This document shows, one piece after another, positions 1 to 11,680 of a DNA stretch of 64,000 nt (position 1 is its first letter; each line of letters starts with the position of its first letter). The stretch spans positions 405 to 64,404 of the forward strand of contig JAJZVC010000011.1 of the NCBI GenBank assembly GCA_021845865.1, in the 5' to 3' direction. The notes under the pieces are model-generated. The model was not told where the DNA came from. It searched no databases and saw only the letters and a program-made list of their open reading frames with translations. The DNA is from Pseudomonadota bacterium (GTDB taxonomy: Bacteria; Pseudomonadota; Gammaproteobacteria; Burkholderiales; UBA9220). Position numbers and translations under genes: made by a program.

Positions 1-828
1 GGCACCCTGGCGCGGATGAACGAGGTGTTCGCCAACAGCCCGGCCAAGGCCGCCATCACCCCCGGCATGATTCCCATCATCCAGGATGCGACCCGTCTTT
101 CCGAGCAGTCCGGGGGGCTGTTCAATCCCGCCATTGGCCGGCTGATTCAGCTGTGGGGCTTCCAGAGCGACGAATTCAAGCCGGTCCGGCCCGACCCGGA
201 CAAGATCGCCGCCCTGGTGAAAGAAAATCCCAAGATGACCGACATCGTCATCGACGGCATCCGTTTCTACAGCAAGAACCCGGCGGTGAAGCTGGACCTG
301 GGGGGCTACGGCAAGGGCTATGCCCTCGACGTGGCGGCGGACTACCTGCGCGGCCAGGGGGTGAAGAGCGCCCTGGTGAACATCGGCGGCAACATCATCG
401 CCATCGGCCGCCACGGCGACCGGCCCTGGCAGGTGGCCATCCAGCACCCGCGCAAGCCCGCCCCCCTGGCCACGCTGGAGCTGAGGGACGGCGAGGCCAT
501 TGGCACCTCCGGCGACTACCAGCGCTATTTCATGCTGGACGGCAAGCGCTACTGCCACATCATCGACCCCCGCACCGGCTACCCCGCCCAGGGAGTGGAG
601 GCGGTGACGGTGCTGATTCCCCCCGGCAAGGGCGCGGGAGTGCTGTCCGACGTGGCCTCCAAGCCGGCGTTCATCGCCGGGGTGGCGGGGTGGCGCGAGG
701 CGGTGAAGAAAATGGGGGTGGAGGAGGCCATGCTGATCGATGGCAAGGGGGAGGTGTACATCACCACGGCCTTGAGAAAGCGGCTCAAGTTCCTGGAACC
801 GGGGCTGAGAATCCACGAGGTGCCCTAG
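1..828 (+). CDS. apbE: FAD:protein FMN transferase (ApbE family), 5' end truncated by the window
   Basis: Frame open from base 1; motifs LDLGGYGKGYA, GTSGDYQRYF, HIIDPRTG. Confidence 0.9.
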   Translation, partial: GTLARMNEVFANSPAKAAITPGMIPIIQDATRLSEQSGGLFNPAIGRLIQLWGFQSDEFKPVRPDPDKIAALVKENPKMTDIVIDGIRFYSKNPAVKLDLGGYGKGYALDVAADYLRGQGVKSALVNIGGNIIAIGRHGDRPWQVAIQHPRKPAPLATLELRDGEAIGTSGDYQRYFMLDGKRYCHIIDPRTGYPAQGVEAVTVLIPPGKGAGVLSDVASKPAFIAGVAGWREAVKKMGVEEAMLIDGKGEVYITTALRKRLKFLEPGLRIHEVP

Positions 829-880
829 CGGGGTATAATTTGGCCCATCGCGGGGGTTAACCCTAAACAAAGGTTTCGAC

Positions 881-1285
881 ATGATCGGGGTACTTATTGT
901 CTCCCACGGCAACCTGGGAGAAAGTCTTATCCAATGCGCCGCCCACGTGCTGGGCGGCCCGGTGCCGCAGCTGGAGCAGCTCAACGTCAGCGCCAAGGAT
1001 GATCCGGCCGCCGTGCTGGCGGCTCTGCAGGGAATGGTGCAGCGTTTGAACCAGGGGGATGGCGTGCTGATCCTGAGCGACATTTACGGCGCCACGCCGA
1101 GCAACGTGGTCTGCCGCCTGCTGGACCCGGGCAGGGTGGAAGGGGTGGCGGGGGTCAACCTGCCGATGCTGATTCGGGCCCTGACCTACCGCAGCGAGCC
1201 TTTGCCCATCATGGTGCAGAAGGCCATTTCCGGCGGCGTGGAGGGCGTGCTGCACATTACCAGCGAGGTTTGCCGTGTTGCATGA
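881..1285 (+). CDS. PTS EIIA component, mannose/fructose type
   Basis: IGVLIVSHG, SDIYGATPSN, GVNLPML motifs; directly upstream of ptsH-ptsI. Confidence 0.9.
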   Translation: MIGVLIVSHGNLGESLIQCAAHVLGGPVPQLEQLNVSAKDDPAAVLAALQGMVQRLNQGDGVLILSDIYGATPSNVVCRLLDPGRVEGVAGVNLPMLIRALTYRSEPLPIMVQKAISGGVEGVLHITSEVCRVA

Positions 1286-1544
1286 GGAGATCGAAATCAT
1301 CAACAAGCTCGGCCTGCACGCCCGTGCTTCGGCCAAGCTGACCCAGACCGCGGGGAAATTCCAGAGCGAGGTCTGGCTGTCGCGCAACGGCAAGCGGGTC
1401 AACGCCAAGAGCATCATGGGCGTGATGATGCTGGCGGCGAGCAGGGGCAGCGTCATCGGCGTCGAAACCGAGGGCGAGGACGAGGGGGAGGCCATGCAGG
1501 CGCTGCGGGAACTCATCGCCGACCGTTTCGGGGAAGAGGAATAG
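1275..1544 (+). CDS. ptsH: Phosphocarrier protein HPr
   Basis: GLHARAS (His15) and NAKSIMGVM (Ser46) motifs. Confidence 0.95.
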   Translation: MLHEEIEIINKLGLHARASAKLTQTAGKFQSEVWLSRNGKRVNAKSIMGVMMLAASRGSVIGVETEGEDEGEAMQALRELIADRFGEEE

Positions 1545-1546
1545 CC

Positions 1547-3277
1547 ATGAGCTTCACGCTCCACGGGGTCGGCGTCGGCGGCGGCATCGCCATCGGCCAT
1601 GCCCATCTGGTTTCCCACGAAACCCTGGATGTCCTCTATTTCGTCCTGCCGAGTTTCCTGGTGCCCCAGGAAGTGGAGCGTTTCGACCAGGCCATCGCCG
1701 CCACCCGGGCGGAAATGGAGAGCCTGCGCGCCAGCATCCCCGCCAGCGCGCCCGCCGAACTGTCGGCCTTTCTCGATCTGCACCTGATGATCCTGGGGGA
1801 TTCCACCCTGTCCGAGGCGCCGAAGCGGATGATCGAGGAGCAGCGCTGCAACGCCGAGTGGGCCCTGAAGCAGCAGATGGAAGCCCTGATCGCCCAGTTC
1901 GAGAGCTTCGACGACGCCTACTTGCGGGAGCGCCGCCACGACGTGGTGCAAGTGGTGGAGCGGGTGATGAAATCCCTCCTCGGCCACCCCGGCCAGTCCC
2001 CCTTCGAGGGCGGCAAGGCCAAGGAAAACAGCATCCTGGTGGCCCACGACCTCAGCCCGGCGGACATGATCCTGTTCAAGCAGAACCAGTTCGCCGCCTT
2101 CATCACCGACGTGGGCGGGACCACTTCCCACACCGCCATTCTGGCCCGCAGCCTGAGCATCCCGTCGGTGGTGGCGCTGCACAACGCCCGCCAGCTCATC
2201 AACGAGCACGACCAGATCATCGTCGACGGCAGCCAGGGGGTGGTGATCGTCAACCCCGACCGGGCCATTCTCGACGAGTACAGGCTGCGCCAGGAACAGT
2301 GGGAACTGGAGCGGCAGAAGCTCAAGCGCCTCAAGACCGCCAAGGCCACCACCCTGGACGGCACCCATATCGAACTGATGGCAAATATCGAGCTGGCCGA
2401 GGACATCGACCAGGTGAAGGCCCACGGCGCGGAGGGCATCGGCCTGTTCCGCAGCGAATTCCTGTTCATGAACCGGGACGACCTGCCTTCCGAGGATGAG
2501 CAGTTCGAGGCCTACCGCAAGGTGGCCAAGGCCATGAAGGGTCTCCCGGTCACCGTCCGCACCCTGGACCTGGGCGCCGACAAGCAGCCCCGCTTCGCCG
2601 TCCAAACCAGCGACAACCCCGCTCTCGGCCTGCGGGCCATCCGCCTCTGCCTGGCCGAGCCGCAGATGTTCCTCACCCAGCTGCGGGCCATCCTGCGGGC
2701 CTCCCACTACGGCGCCATCCAGATACTGGTGCCCATGCTCACCTCCCTCGGCGAGCTCAATCAGACCCTGGCCCTGGTGGAGCGGGCCAAGCAGAGCCTG
2801 AAGGAGGAGGGGATTCCCTTCGACGAGGCCATCAAGCTGGGGGGCATGATCGAGGTGCCGGCGGCGGCCCTCACCGTCAAGTCCTTGGCCAAGAAGCTGG
2901 ATTTCCTTTCCATCGGCACCAACGACCTGATCCAGTACACCCTGGCCATCGACCGCACCGACGAAGCCGTGGCCAAGCTCTACGACCCCCTTCATCCGGC
3001 GGTGCTGAAGCTGGTGGCCGCCACCATCCATACCGGCCGCATGCTCGGCATTCCCGTGGCGGTGTGCGGGGAAATGGCGGGGGACGCGAGCCTCACCCGC
3101 CTGCTGCTGGGTTTCGGCCTGCGCGAGTTCTCCATGCACCCGGCCCATTTGCTGGCGGTGAAGCAGCAGATTCTGAAGACCAATCTGCCCACGGCCGAGA
3201 GCCTGGCGCAGAAGGTGCTCAAGGCCTGGGAGCCGGAAAAGATCCTGGCGCTGGTGGCCAAGCTGAACGAGGCCTGA
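1547..3277 (+). CDS. ptsI: PEP-protein phosphotransferase, enzyme I
   Basis: [39 protein letters not shown]. Confidence 0.95.
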   Translation: MSFTLHGVGVGGGIAIGHAHLVSHETLDVLYFVLPSFLVPQEVERFDQAIAATRAEMESLRASIPASAPAELSAFLDLHLMILGDSTLSEAPKRMIEEQRCNAEWALKQQMEALIAQFESFDDAYLRERRHDVVQVVERVMKSLLGHPGQSPFEGGKAKENSILVAHDLSPADMILFKQNQFAAFITDVGGTTSHTAILARSLSIPSVVALHNARQLINEHDQIIVDGSQGVVIVNPDRAILDEYRLRQEQWELERQKLKRLKTAKATTLDGTHIELMANIELAEDIDQVKAHGAEGIGLFRSEFLFMNRDDLPSEDEQFEAYRKVAKAMKGLPVTVRTLDLGADKQPRFAVQTSDNPALGLRAIRLCLAEPQMFLTQLRAILRASHYGAIQILVPMLTSLGELNQTLALVERAKQSLKEEGIPFDEAIKLGGMIEVPAAALTVKSLAKKLDFLSIGTNDLIQYTLAIDRTDEAVAKLYDPLHPAVLKLVAATIHTGRMLGIPVAVCGEMAGDASLTRLLLGFGLREFSMHPAHLLAVKQQILKTNLPTAESLAQKVLKAWEPEKILALVAKLNEA

Positions 3278-3296
3278 GCCTTTTCTTCGAGATATA

Positions 3297-4445
3297 ATGG
3301 CCGCCATGCACCCATCCAATTCCGTCGGCATCGTCGTTCCCCAGACCGCGCGCTTCGAGGAGCCCCTTACCCTGCGCAGCGGAGCGGTGCTGGCCGGTTT
3401 CGAACTGGTGTACGAGACCTATGGCAGCCTCAATGCCGACCGTTCCAACGCCGTTCTTATTTGCCACGCCTTGTCGGGCACCCATCACGTGGCGGGCTTC
3501 CACTCCGAACAGGACAAGAAGCCCGGCTGGTGGGACAACATGGTGGGCCCGGGCAAGCCCATCGACACGGACAAATATTTCGTCATCGGGGTCAACAACC
3601 TGGGGGGCTGCCATGGCTCCACCGGGCCTTCCAGCCCCAATCCCCGCACCGGCAAGCCCTACGGCGCCGATTTCCCGGTGGTGACGGTGGAGGACTGGGT
3701 GCTGACCCAGTCCCTGCTGGCCGACCGCCTGGGCATCGAGCGTTTCGCCGCCGTGGTCGGCGGCAGCCTGGGGGGGATGCAGGCCCTGCACTGGACCCTC
3801 GCCTTCCCCGAACGGGTGCGCCACGCCCTGGTGATCGCCTCCGCCCCCGGCCTCACGGCCCAGAACATCGCCTTCAACGACGTGGCCCGGCAGGCGATAT
3901 TGACCGACCCGGATTTCCACGGCGGCAATTACTACGAGCACGGCGTGGTTCCCCGCCGAGGCCTGCGCCTGGCGCGGATGCTGGGCCATATCACCTACCT
4001 GTCCGACGACGTGATGGGTTCCAAGTTCGGCCGCATGCTGCGCACCGAGGACTTCGGCTTCGGCTACGGGGTGGAATTCGAGATCGAGTCCTACCTGCGT
4101 TATCAGGGGGACAAGTTCGCCGAGAGCTTCGACGCCAACACCTACTTGCTGATGACCAAGGCCCTCGACTACTTCGACCCCACCCATCGCCACAAATGCA
4201 GCCTGGCCGAGGCCCTGAAGCCCGCCACGGCGGATTTCCTGGTGGTGTCCTTCACCACCGACTGGCGCTTTTCCCCCGAGCGCTCCCGGGAAATCGTCCA
4301 GGCCCTGCTGGATAACCGGCGCAAGGTGAGCTACGCGGAAGTCACCTCCAGCCACGGCCACGACGCCTTCCTGATGGTGGACGAGTACTACCACGGCGTG
4401 GTGCGGGCCTACATGGACAACATTGCCGTGGGAGGCCAGGCATGA
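3297..4445 (+). CDS. metX: Homoserine O-acyltransferase (MetX)
   Basis: [22 protein letters not shown]; paired with metW. Confidence 0.93.
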   Translation: MAAMHPSNSVGIVVPQTARFEEPLTLRSGAVLAGFELVYETYGSLNADRSNAVLICHALSGTHHVAGFHSEQDKKPGWWDNMVGPGKPIDTDKYFVIGVNNLGGCHGSTGPSSPNPRTGKPYGADFPVVTVEDWVLTQSLLADRLGIERFAAVVGGSLGGMQALHWTLAFPERVRHALVIASAPGLTAQNIAFNDVARQAILTDPDFHGGNYYEHGVVPRRGLRLARMLGHITYLSDDVMGSKFGRMLRTEDFGFGYGVEFEIESYLRYQGDKFAESFDANTYLLMTKALDYFDPTHRHKCSLAEALKPATADFLVVSFTTDWRFSPERSREIVQALLDNRRKVSYAEVTSSHGHDAFLMVDEYYHGVVRAYMDNIAVGGQA

Positions 4446-5056
4446 ACAAGACCATGCTCCCGCCCAGCGGCGGCCCCCGCGCCGATTTCGCCCTGATCGC
4501 CGGCTGGGTCACCCCCGGCGCCCGGGTGCTGGACCTGGGCTGCGGCGACGGTTCCCTCCTGGCCTACTTGCGTGACGCCCGGGGGGCCGACGGCTACGGG
4601 GTGGACATCAGCGACGCCGATATCCTGGCCTGCACCCAAAAAGGCATCAGCGCCATCCAGATGAACCTGGAGGAGGGGCTGTCCATTTTCGGCGACGATT
4701 CCTTCGACTACGTCATCCTGTCCCAGACCCTGCAGACGGTGATGCACGTGGAGGGTCTGCTGCAGGAAATCCTGCGGGTGGGCAAGCAGGGCATCGTCAC
4801 CTTCCCCAACTTCAGCTATTGGCATCGCCGCTGGCAGATCATGATGGGCCACATGCCGGTGTCCGAGGACCTGCCCTACCAGTGGTTCAACACCCCCAAC
4901 ATCCACCTGTGCACGATCAAGGATTTCGATGCCTTCTGCGGCAGCCGCAGCATCCGCGTCCTGGAGCGGGCGGTGCTGACCGGCGGCAGGCCGGTGGCGT
5001 TGCTGCCCAACCTATTGGGCAGCCTGGCGGTGTATCGTCTCAGCCGTCTTGCCTGA
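4442..5056 (+). CDS. metW: Methionine biosynthesis protein MetW
   Basis: [21 protein letters not shown]; ATGA overlap with metX. Confidence 0.92.
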   Translation: MNKTMLPPSGGPRADFALIAGWVTPGARVLDLGCGDGSLLAYLRDARGADGYGVDISDADILACTQKGISAIQMNLEEGLSIFGDDSFDYVILSQTLQTVMHVEGLLQEILRVGKQGIVTFPNFSYWHRRWQIMMGHMPVSEDLPYQWFNTPNIHLCTIKDFDAFCGSRSIRVLERAVLTGGRPVALLPNLLGSLAVYRLSRLA

Positions 5057-5122
5057 ACTCCCGCCGCTCCTTCGCCTCTAATAGTTGAGCGATTTGCTCG
5101 ACAAACGGGAAGGAGGGCGAAA

Positions 5123-5554
5123 ATGAAAACCCTGGCCACATTCATCCTGCCGCTGCTGCTGTGGGCGGCCACGCCGGCCCTGGCGGAGCGTTCCCAGACC
5201 TTCGGCGATCTCACCGTCCATTACAACGTCATCACCACCGACACCCTGACGCCGGAAATCGCCCGGGCCTACAACATCACCCGCAGCAAATACCGGGGGT
5301 TGCTCACGGTCTCGGTGCTGCGGCCCAACAAGCTGGGCGTCGGCGAGCCGGTGGCGGCCAAAATGGACGCCTACGCGGTGAATCTGAGCGAACAATTGCG
5401 CAACATCGACATGCGCGAGGTCCGGGAAGGCAGGGCCATCTATTACCTCGGCACGTTCAGCGTCGCGCCCCAGGAAACCCTGCGCTTCACGGTGAATATT
5501 CATGCCGAGGGGGCCAAGAACAAGCTGGAGTTCCAGCAGGTCCTCCTGCCCTAG
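5123..5554 (+). CDS. Exported DUF4426-like protein
   Basis: Signal peptide; VHYN..TDTLTPEIARAYNITRS; REGRAIYYL; typical position after metW; GGAGG RBS. Confidence 0.7.
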   Translation: MKTLATFILPLLLWAATPALAERSQTFGDLTVHYNVITTDTLTPEIARAYNITRSKYRGLLTVSVLRPNKLGVGEPVAAKMDAYAVNLSEQLRNIDMREVREGRAIYYLGTFSVAPQETLRFTVNIHAEGAKNKLEFQQVLLP

Positions 5555-5562
5555 GGCAGCCG

Positions 5563-6231
5563 TCAGAAGCCTGCCAGGCGGACCAGCCCCAGGACGCCGA
5601 AGCCGGCCACCAGCAGGCCGGCGACGATGCGGACGGCGGGCTTTTGCATGAACGCCTTGATCTGGCGGGCGAAGAGGCCCATGGCCAGCAGGTTGGGCAG
5701 GGTGCCGAGGCCGAAGGCCAGCATCAGGACTCCCCCTTTCAGGGCGCTGCCGCTGGCGAGGGCCAATACCAGCACGCTGTAGACCAGGCCGCAGGGCAGC
5801 CAGCCCCACAACAGGCCGAGGGCGAAGGACTGGGGAACCGACTGCACGGGCAGGAAGTGCTTGGTATAGGGCTGCAGTTTCTTCCACAGCCAGCTGCCGG
5901 CGCGCTCGATGTACACCACCGCCTGCCACAGGCCGGCGAGGTAGAGCCCGAGGGCGATCAGCAGCAGACTGGCCAAGCCGTAGAGCAGCAGCTGTACCGG
6001 CAGGACGTTGTTCAGCAGCAGTCCTCCCGAGCCCACGGCGCCAGCGAGGAATCCGCCGGCGGTGTAGCTGACGACGCGCCCGCCGTTGTAGCCGAGGAGA
6101 AAGCGCCAGGGCGTGGCCTGGCCCGGCATCTGCAGGGACAGGGCGCCGACGATGCCGCCGCACATGCCGATGCAGTGGGTGCCGCCGAGAAGTCCGACGA
6201 GGAAAGCGCTGAGGTAGGAGAGTTCGACCAT
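5563..6231 (-). CDS. Sulfite exporter TauE/SafE or DsbD_2-like membrane protein
   Basis: HCIGMCGGI and GWLPCGLVY motifs; start placed at MVELSYL. Confidence 0.8.
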   Translation of the reverse strand: MVELSYLSAFLVGLLGGTHCIGMCGGIVGALSLQMPGQATPWRFLLGYNGGRVVSYTAGGFLAGAVGSGGLLLNNVLPVQLLLYGLASLLLIALGLYLAGLWQAVVYIERAGSWLWKKLQPYTKHFLPVQSVPQSFALGLLWGWLPCGLVYSVLVLALASGSALKGGVLMLAFGLGTLPNLLAMGLFARQIKAFMQKPAVRIVAGLLVAGFGVLGLVRLAGF

Positions 6232-6334
6232 GGTGCGGGGAGCCTGCTGAAACAGGCCACGATTGTGGCACAGGCCGGAAGTTTTCCCAAATCGCCTTTG
6301 TCGGGCGGGCTTTTTTCCGGTAAGGTGCGGGCCC

Positions 6335-7609
6335 ATGAGCGCGACGAAATCCTCCCTGAGCCAGGCCATCCTCAACCGGCGGATGCTGATCTGCATCCTC
6401 ACCGGCTTCAGCTCCGGCCTGCCCCTGTTCATCCTCATCAACCTGCTGCCTGCCTGGCTGCGGACCGAGGGTATCAGCCTGAAGGCCATCGGCCTCTTCG
6501 CCCTGATCCAGTTTCCCTACACCTGGAAATTCCTCTGGTCGCCCTTTCTCGACCACTACGCCCTGCCTTGGCTGGGCCGGCGGCGGGGCTGGATGCTGGC
6601 GACCCAGCTCGGCCTGCTGGCGGCCATCGCCGCCCTGGGCGGCTTGTCCCCCGCCGCGGATCTGGACCTGGTCGTGCTGTTGTCGGTGCTCGTGGCTTTC
6701 CTCTCCGCCACCCAGGACATCGTCCTCGACGCCTACCGCCGGGAGCTGCTGCCCGACGGCGAACTGGGCCTGGGCAACGCCATCCACGTCAACGCCTACA
6801 AGGTGGCCGGCCTGGTGCCCGGCGCCCTGTCGCTGATCCTGGCCGACCACCTGCCCTGGTCCCAGGTTTATCTCGTCACCGCCCTCTTCATGCTGCCGGG
6901 GATGGCCATGACCCTGCTGGTGAAGGAGCCCGTCCTGGCGGATGGACGCCCCAGGACCCTGCGGGAAGCGGTCATCGAGCCTTTCCACGAATTCCTCACC
7001 CGCCACGGCTGGCGCGACGCCGCCCTGGTGCTGGCCTTCATCTTTCTCTACAAGCTCGGCGACAGCATGGCCACCGCCCTGGCCACGCCCTTCTACCTGG
7101 ACATGGGTTTTTCCAAGACCGAGATCGGCCTGGTGGCGAAGAACGCCGGCCTGTGGCCCAGCGTCATCGGCGGCCTGCTGGGGGGAATCTGGATGGTGCG
7201 CCTGGGAATCAACCGGGCCCTGTGGATTTTCGGCGTGGTGCAGATGGCGGCCATTCTCGGCTTCGCCTGGCTGGCCCAGATGGGGCCCCAGACGGAAATC
7301 ACCCCCGCCCACCTCACCGCCCTGGCCTTGGTGATCGGCATCGAGGCCCTGGGGGTGGGCCTGGGCACCACCGCCTTCGTCGCCTACATCGCCCGCACCA
7401 CCCACCCGGCCTACACCGCCACCCAGTTCGCCCTCTTCACCAGCCTGATGGCGGTGCCCCGCACTTTCACCAACGCCACCACCGGCTGGCTGGTGGAGCA
7501 GATGGGCTGGCATGCCTTCTTCCTGCTATGCGCCGTTCTGGCGCTGCCGGGAATGGCGCTGCTGGTGAAAGTGGCGCCGTGGAACGGGGATCAGAAGGCC
7601 CCGTCGTAA
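6335..7609 (+). CDS. ampG: AmpG-family muropeptide MFS permease
   Basis: GFSSGLP, PYTWKFLWSP, SATQDIVLDAYR, ATQFALFTS. Confidence 0.88.
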   Translation: MSATKSSLSQAILNRRMLICILTGFSSGLPLFILINLLPAWLRTEGISLKAIGLFALIQFPYTWKFLWSPFLDHYALPWLGRRRGWMLATQLGLLAAIAALGGLSPAADLDLVVLLSVLVAFLSATQDIVLDAYRRELLPDGELGLGNAIHVNAYKVAGLVPGALSLILADHLPWSQVYLVTALFMLPGMAMTLLVKEPVLADGRPRTLREAVIEPFHEFLTRHGWRDAALVLAFIFLYKLGDSMATALATPFYLDMGFSKTEIGLVAKNAGLWPSVIGGLLGGIWMVRLGINRALWIFGVVQMAAILGFAWLAQMGPQTEITPAHLTALALVIGIEALGVGLGTTAFVAYIARTTHPAYTATQFALFTSLMAVPRTFTNATTGWLVEQMGWHAFFLLCAVLALPGMALLVKVAPWNGDQKAPS

Positions 7610-7725
7610 TCCGCCGTCAGGGGCGCGTGGGCGCTTGGAAGCGTTGCGGGGGATGACCGGTTTTCCGCGCCGGGCGCGGGGCGATGGCATCCACGTCCCC
7701 GTGCTATCATTCGCCCCCATCCATC

Positions 7726-8757
7726 ATGCGTATCCAACATATCCGACAACGCCTGCGCGACCTGGGCGCCCTGCCTTGCCACGAGGGGCGCGTGCTGCGG
7801 GTTTGGGCTCAGGGACTATCCCTGGGCACCAAAAGGCTGCGCGCCGAGGACTTTCTTCCCCTGGCCTTGCGCAATGCCATGCCCGACCTCCTCGCCGAGT
7901 TGCGGGGGTTGGCGCGGCTGCATTCCGAGCACCCCGGCGAGGACGGCTCGGCCCGCCTGCTGCTGGAGCTAACCGACGGCCAGACGGTGGAAAGCATCCT
8001 GCTGCCCCGGGATGGGCTGTGCGTCTCCACCCAGGTCGGCTGCGCCGTGGGTTGCGTGTTCTGCATGACTGGCCGCAACGGCCTGCGGCGTCAGCTGGGC
8101 AGCGCAGAAATCGTCGCCCAGGTGGTCCTGGCCCGCGGTCGCCGGGCAGTGAAAAAGGTCGTGTTCATGGGCATGGGGGAACCGGCCCACAACCTGGACA
8201 ACGTGCTGGAGGCCATCGACCTGCTCGGCGCGGAGGGCGGCATCGGCCACAAAAACTTGGTTTTCTCCACCGTCGGCGACCGGCGCGTCTTCGAGCGGCT
8301 GCCCCAGGCCACGGTGAAGCCCGCCCTGGCCCTCTCCTTGCACACCACCGACGCCGCCCTGCGCCGGCGTCTGCTCCCCAAGGCGCCGGACATCACGCCG
8401 ACCGAACTGGTCGAACTGGGCGAGGCCTACGCCCGCAGCACCGGCTACCCCATCCAGTACCAGTGGACCCTGCTCGAAGGGATCAACGACACGGATGCGG
8501 AGCTGGAAGGTATTGCGCGGCTGCTGGCCGGCAAATACGCGGTGATGAATCTGATCCCCTACAACAGTGTCGACGGCTTCGGCTATCGGCGCCCCAGCTG
8601 GGAACGGGCTGCGGAGATGGCGCGAATTCTCCACCGGCAGGGCATCCTCACCAAGTTGCGCCACTCCGCGGGGCAGGACGTGGAGGGCGGCTGCGGGCAA
8701 TTGCGGGCGAGAACGCTGGCGAAGGGCGTCTTCCCGGCGCCGTCGCAGGGCCTGTAG
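7726..8757 (+). CDS. RlmN/Cfr-like radical SAM RNA methyltransferase
   Basis: CVSTQVGCAVGCVFC (CxxxCxxC), MGMGEP, GGCGQL. Confidence 0.85.
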   Translation: MRIQHIRQRLRDLGALPCHEGRVLRVWAQGLSLGTKRLRAEDFLPLALRNAMPDLLAELRGLARLHSEHPGEDGSARLLLELTDGQTVESILLPRDGLCVSTQVGCAVGCVFCMTGRNGLRRQLGSAEIVAQVVLARGRRAVKKVVFMGMGEPAHNLDNVLEAIDLLGAEGGIGHKNLVFSTVGDRRVFERLPQATVKPALALSLHTTDAALRRRLLPKAPDITPTELVELGEAYARSTGYPIQYQWTLLEGINDTDAELEGIARLLAGKYAVMNLIPYNSVDGFGYRRPSWERAAEMARILHRQGILTKLRHSAGQDVEGGCGQLRARTLAKGVFPAPSQGL

Positions 8758-8805
8758 GATCCTTGGCGCGTCAACGGACGGTGCGGCAAAGATCGACCTG
8801 CCGGT

Positions 8806-9585
8806 TCAGATGTTCCAGCCGTAGTCGATCGTCAGGGGCGCGTGGTCGCTGAAGCGGGATTCCTTCCACACCGCCGCCTGCTGGGCGGTGGCCGCCACAC
8901 CGGGGGTTGCGAGCTGGTAGTCGATGCGCCAGCCCACGTTCTTGGCCCAGGCTTGCCCCCGGTTGGACCACCAGGTGTAGGCCTCGCCGGTGGCGTCGGG
9001 GCAGAGGCGGCGGTGGACGTCCACCCAGCCCGCATCGCTCAGCACCTTGGTCATCCAGGCCCGCTCCTCGGGCAGGAAGCCGGAGTTTTTCTGGTTGCTC
9101 TTCCAGTTCTTGAGGTCGATTTCCTGGTGGGCGATGTTCCAGTCGCCGCAGATGACGATTTCTCGTCCCGATTTTCTTAGTTCCACCAGATGGGGGTAGA
9201 ACTCCTCCATGAAGGCGAACTTGGCCGCCTGGCGCTCGGGGGAGCTGGAGCCGGAGGGAACGTAGACCGACACCACGCTCAAGCCGCCGAAATCGGCCCG
9301 CACGTAGCGGCCCTCGGCGTCGAAACCGGGATGGCCGATGCCTTCGACCACCCGGTCGGGGGCCCGGCGGCAGTACAGCCCGACGCCGCTGTAGCCCTTC
9401 TTCTCCGCATAGTGGAAATAGCCGTGATAGCCGTCGGGAGCGAGCATGTGCGGCGCCATGTCCGCCGCCTGGGCCTTCAGTTCCTGGACGCAGACCACGT
9501 CGGCGTCCTGGCGGGCCATCCAGTCGAAAAATCCCTTGCTGGCGGCTGAACGGATGCCGTTCAGATTTGCGGATATAATGCGCAA
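8806..9585 (-). CDS. xth: Exodeoxyribonuclease III
   Basis: [33 protein letters not shown]; TTG start inferred. Confidence 0.9.
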   Translation of the reverse strand: MRIISANLNGIRSAASKGFFDWMARQDADVVCVQELKAQAADMAPHMLAPDGYHGYFHYAEKKGYSGVGLYCRRAPDRVVEGIGHPGFDAEGRYVRADFGGLSVVSVYVPSGSSSPERQAAKFAFMEEFYPHLVELRKSGREIVICGDWNIAHQEIDLKNWKSNQKNSGFLPEERAWMTKVLSDAGWVDVHRRLCPDATGEAYTWWSNRGQAWAKNVGWRIDYQLATPGVAATAQQAAVWKESRFSDHAPLTIDYGWNI

Positions 9586-9613
9586 TGAAGCCTTCCTTTT
9601 GTGTGAGAACCCG

Positions 9614-10252
9614 ATGTCCGATTTCCGGCAGGAATTCCTGCAGTTCGCTCTCGACCGCGGCGCCTTGCGCTTCGGCGAATTCAAACTCAAGTCCGGGCGC
9701 CTGTCGCCCTACTTCTTCAACACCGGCCTGTTCAACGACGGCGACGCCCTGCGCCGGCTGTCGCAATTTTACGCCAAAGCCATCCTTTCCGCCGGGCTGG
9801 AGTTCGACATGCTCTTCGGCCCCGCCTACAAGGGCATTCCCCTGGCGGCGGGGGTGGCCATCGCCCTGGCGGCGGCGGGGGTCAACAAGCCCTTCGCCTT
9901 CAACCGCAAGGAAGCCAAGGACCACGGCGAGGGCGGCGTCATCGTCGGCGCCCCCCTGGCGGGCCAGGTTCTGATCGTGGACGACGTGATTTCCGCCGGC
10001 ACCTCGGTGCGGGAGTCGGTGGCCATCATCCAGGCCAACGGCGCCACCCCCTGCGGCGTGGCCATCGCCATCGACCGCATGGAGCGGGGAACCGGCGCCC
10101 TGTCGGCGGTGCAGGAGGTGGAGCAGGCCAACGGCATTCCGGTGATCAGCATCGCCAATCTCAACGACCTTCTCGGCTACCTGGGCCACAGCACGGAAAT
10201 GGCCCGGCATCGCCCGGCGGTCCTGGAATACCAACGCCAGTATGGAATCTGA
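9614..10252 (+). CDS. pyrE: Orotate phosphoribosyltransferase
   Basis: [43 protein letters not shown]. Confidence 0.95.
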   Translation: MSDFRQEFLQFALDRGALRFGEFKLKSGRLSPYFFNTGLFNDGDALRRLSQFYAKAILSAGLEFDMLFGPAYKGIPLAAGVAIALAAAGVNKPFAFNRKEAKDHGEGGVIVGAPLAGQVLIVDDVISAGTSVRESVAIIQANGATPCGVAIAIDRMERGTGALSAVQEVEQANGIPVISIANLNDLLGYLGHSTEMARHRPAVLEYQRQYGI

Positions 10253-10268
10253 AGAACGGAGACTTGCC

Positions 10269-10829
10269 ATGAAAAAATTCCTCTTGTTGCTCGCCGCCCT
10301 CGCCGTCAGCCAGCCCGCCCTGGCGAAAATGTACAAATGGGTGGATGAAAAAGGCGAGGTCCATTACGGCGACACCGTCCCGCCCCAGTACGCCAACCAG
10401 GGGCGGGAGGAGCTGAGCAAGAAGGGGACGGTGCTGAAGAAGACCGAGGGGGCGCTGACCCCCGAGCAGCGCCAGGCCAAGGAAGCCGAGGAGGCCCAGA
10501 AGAAGGCCGAGCAGCAAAAGGCCCTGGAGCAGAAGCGCCGGGACAAGGCCCTGCTCAACACCTACACCAATGAAAAGGAAATCGACCTCACCCGCGACCG
10601 CAACCTGAAGCCCCTGGACATGCAGATCCAGAGCCTGCAGGATGACTTGAAGCGGGCCAAGGGCGCCGATGCCGCCGCTATTCAGAGCCAGATCGAGCAG
10701 AAGAAAAAGGAGCGGGAAGCCGTTCGCCAGCGGTTCGATGCCGACAAGTTGCGCTTTCGCGAGTTGACCGGCACCACTCCGCCGGCTACCCAGCCGACGC
10801 CGATCGTGCTGCCGAAGCCGGCGAAATAA
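10269..10829 (+). CDS. Exported DUF4124-domain protein with coiled coil
   Basis: Signal peptide followed by MYKWVDEKGEVHYGDTVPP. Confidence 0.75.
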   Translation: MKKFLLLLAALAVSQPALAKMYKWVDEKGEVHYGDTVPPQYANQGREELSKKGTVLKKTEGALTPEQRQAKEAEEAQKKAEQQKALEQKRRDKALLNTYTNEKEIDLTRDRNLKPLDMQIQSLQDDLKRAKGADAAAIQSQIEQKKKEREAVRQRFDADKLRFRELTGTTPPATQPTPIVLPKPAK

Positions 10830-10888
10830 ACAGGATAGCCACGGGCGGCTGCTCCCTTGTGATTGATTTTGACCAGGAGACTATTTCC

Positions 10889-11623
10889 ATGAGGCGCACC
10901 CTGCTGACCGTTGCCCTTTGTTTATCCGCCGCCTTTGCCCACGCCGAAGGCGGTTCCCATTGGACTTATGAAGGAACCGAAGGCCCCGGGCACTGGGGGG
11001 AACTGGACCCGGCCTTCAAGCTGTGCTCCAGCGGCAAGAACCAATCCCCCATCGATCTGAAGGAATTCGTCGCCGCGGACCTCAAGCCGATTCGCTTCGC
11101 CTACCAGCCGGGCACGCGCGCCATTCTTAACAACGGCCACACCATCCAGGTGAACTACGCGCCCGGCAGTTCGATCACCATCAACGGCCACCGCTTCGAG
11201 CTGAAACAGTTTCATTTCCATGCCCCGAGCGAGAACCGGATCAACGGCAAATCCTATCCCCTGGAGGGACATCTGGTGCATGCCGACGAGCAGGGAAACC
11301 TAGCGGTGGTGGCGGTGATGTTCCAGGAGGGGGCGGCCAATCCTCTGCTGGCCAAGTTGTGGCAGGGCATGCCGGAGGCGGCGGGTGAACAGCGGGAACT
11401 GGCGGAGAAGCTGGATGTTTCCGCGCTGCTGCCGAAGAAGCGCGCCTACTACCGCTTCAACGGTTCCCTGACGACCCCACCGTGTTCCGAAGGGGTGTGG
11501 TGGCTGGTGATGAAACAGCCCATGACGGTGTCGAAGGAGCAGGTGGAGCAGTTCGCCCACCTCATGCATCACCCCAACAACCGCCCGGTGCAGCCGGTGA
11601 ACGCCCGCCCTGTCCTGCAGTAA
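10889..11623 (+). CDS. cah: Periplasmic alpha-class carbonic anhydrase
   Basis: HWTYEG, QSPID, QFHFHAPSE, GSLTTPPCSEGV, NNRPVQP; signal peptide. Confidence 0.92.
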   Translation: MRRTLLTVALCLSAAFAHAEGGSHWTYEGTEGPGHWGELDPAFKLCSSGKNQSPIDLKEFVAADLKPIRFAYQPGTRAILNNGHTIQVNYAPGSSITINGHRFELKQFHFHAPSENRINGKSYPLEGHLVHADEQGNLAVVAVMFQEGAANPLLAKLWQGMPEAAGEQRELAEKLDVSALLPKKRAYYRFNGSLTTPPCSEGVWWLVMKQPMTVSKEQVEQFAHLMHHPNNRPVQPVNARPVLQ

Positions 11624-11639
11624 GGGCGTGGCGGCAAGG

Positions 11640-11666
11640 AAAACGGGGGCAGTGGCCCCCGTTTTT
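11640..11666. terminator. Bidirectional intrinsic terminator between the convergent cah and gatB genes
   Basis: AAAACGGGGGC-AGTG-GCCCCCGTTTTT. Confidence 0.8.
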
Positions 11667-11680
11667 CATTTATGGCGCGC

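Noticed and set aside
863-3331. Long antisense and alternate-frame ORFs (e.g. 863-3331, 11672-14584, 17547-19748, 37457-39964, 56276-59551)
   Set aside because: These are shadows of real genes caused by high-GC codon bias. They carry no motifs and fully overlap well-supported CDSs.
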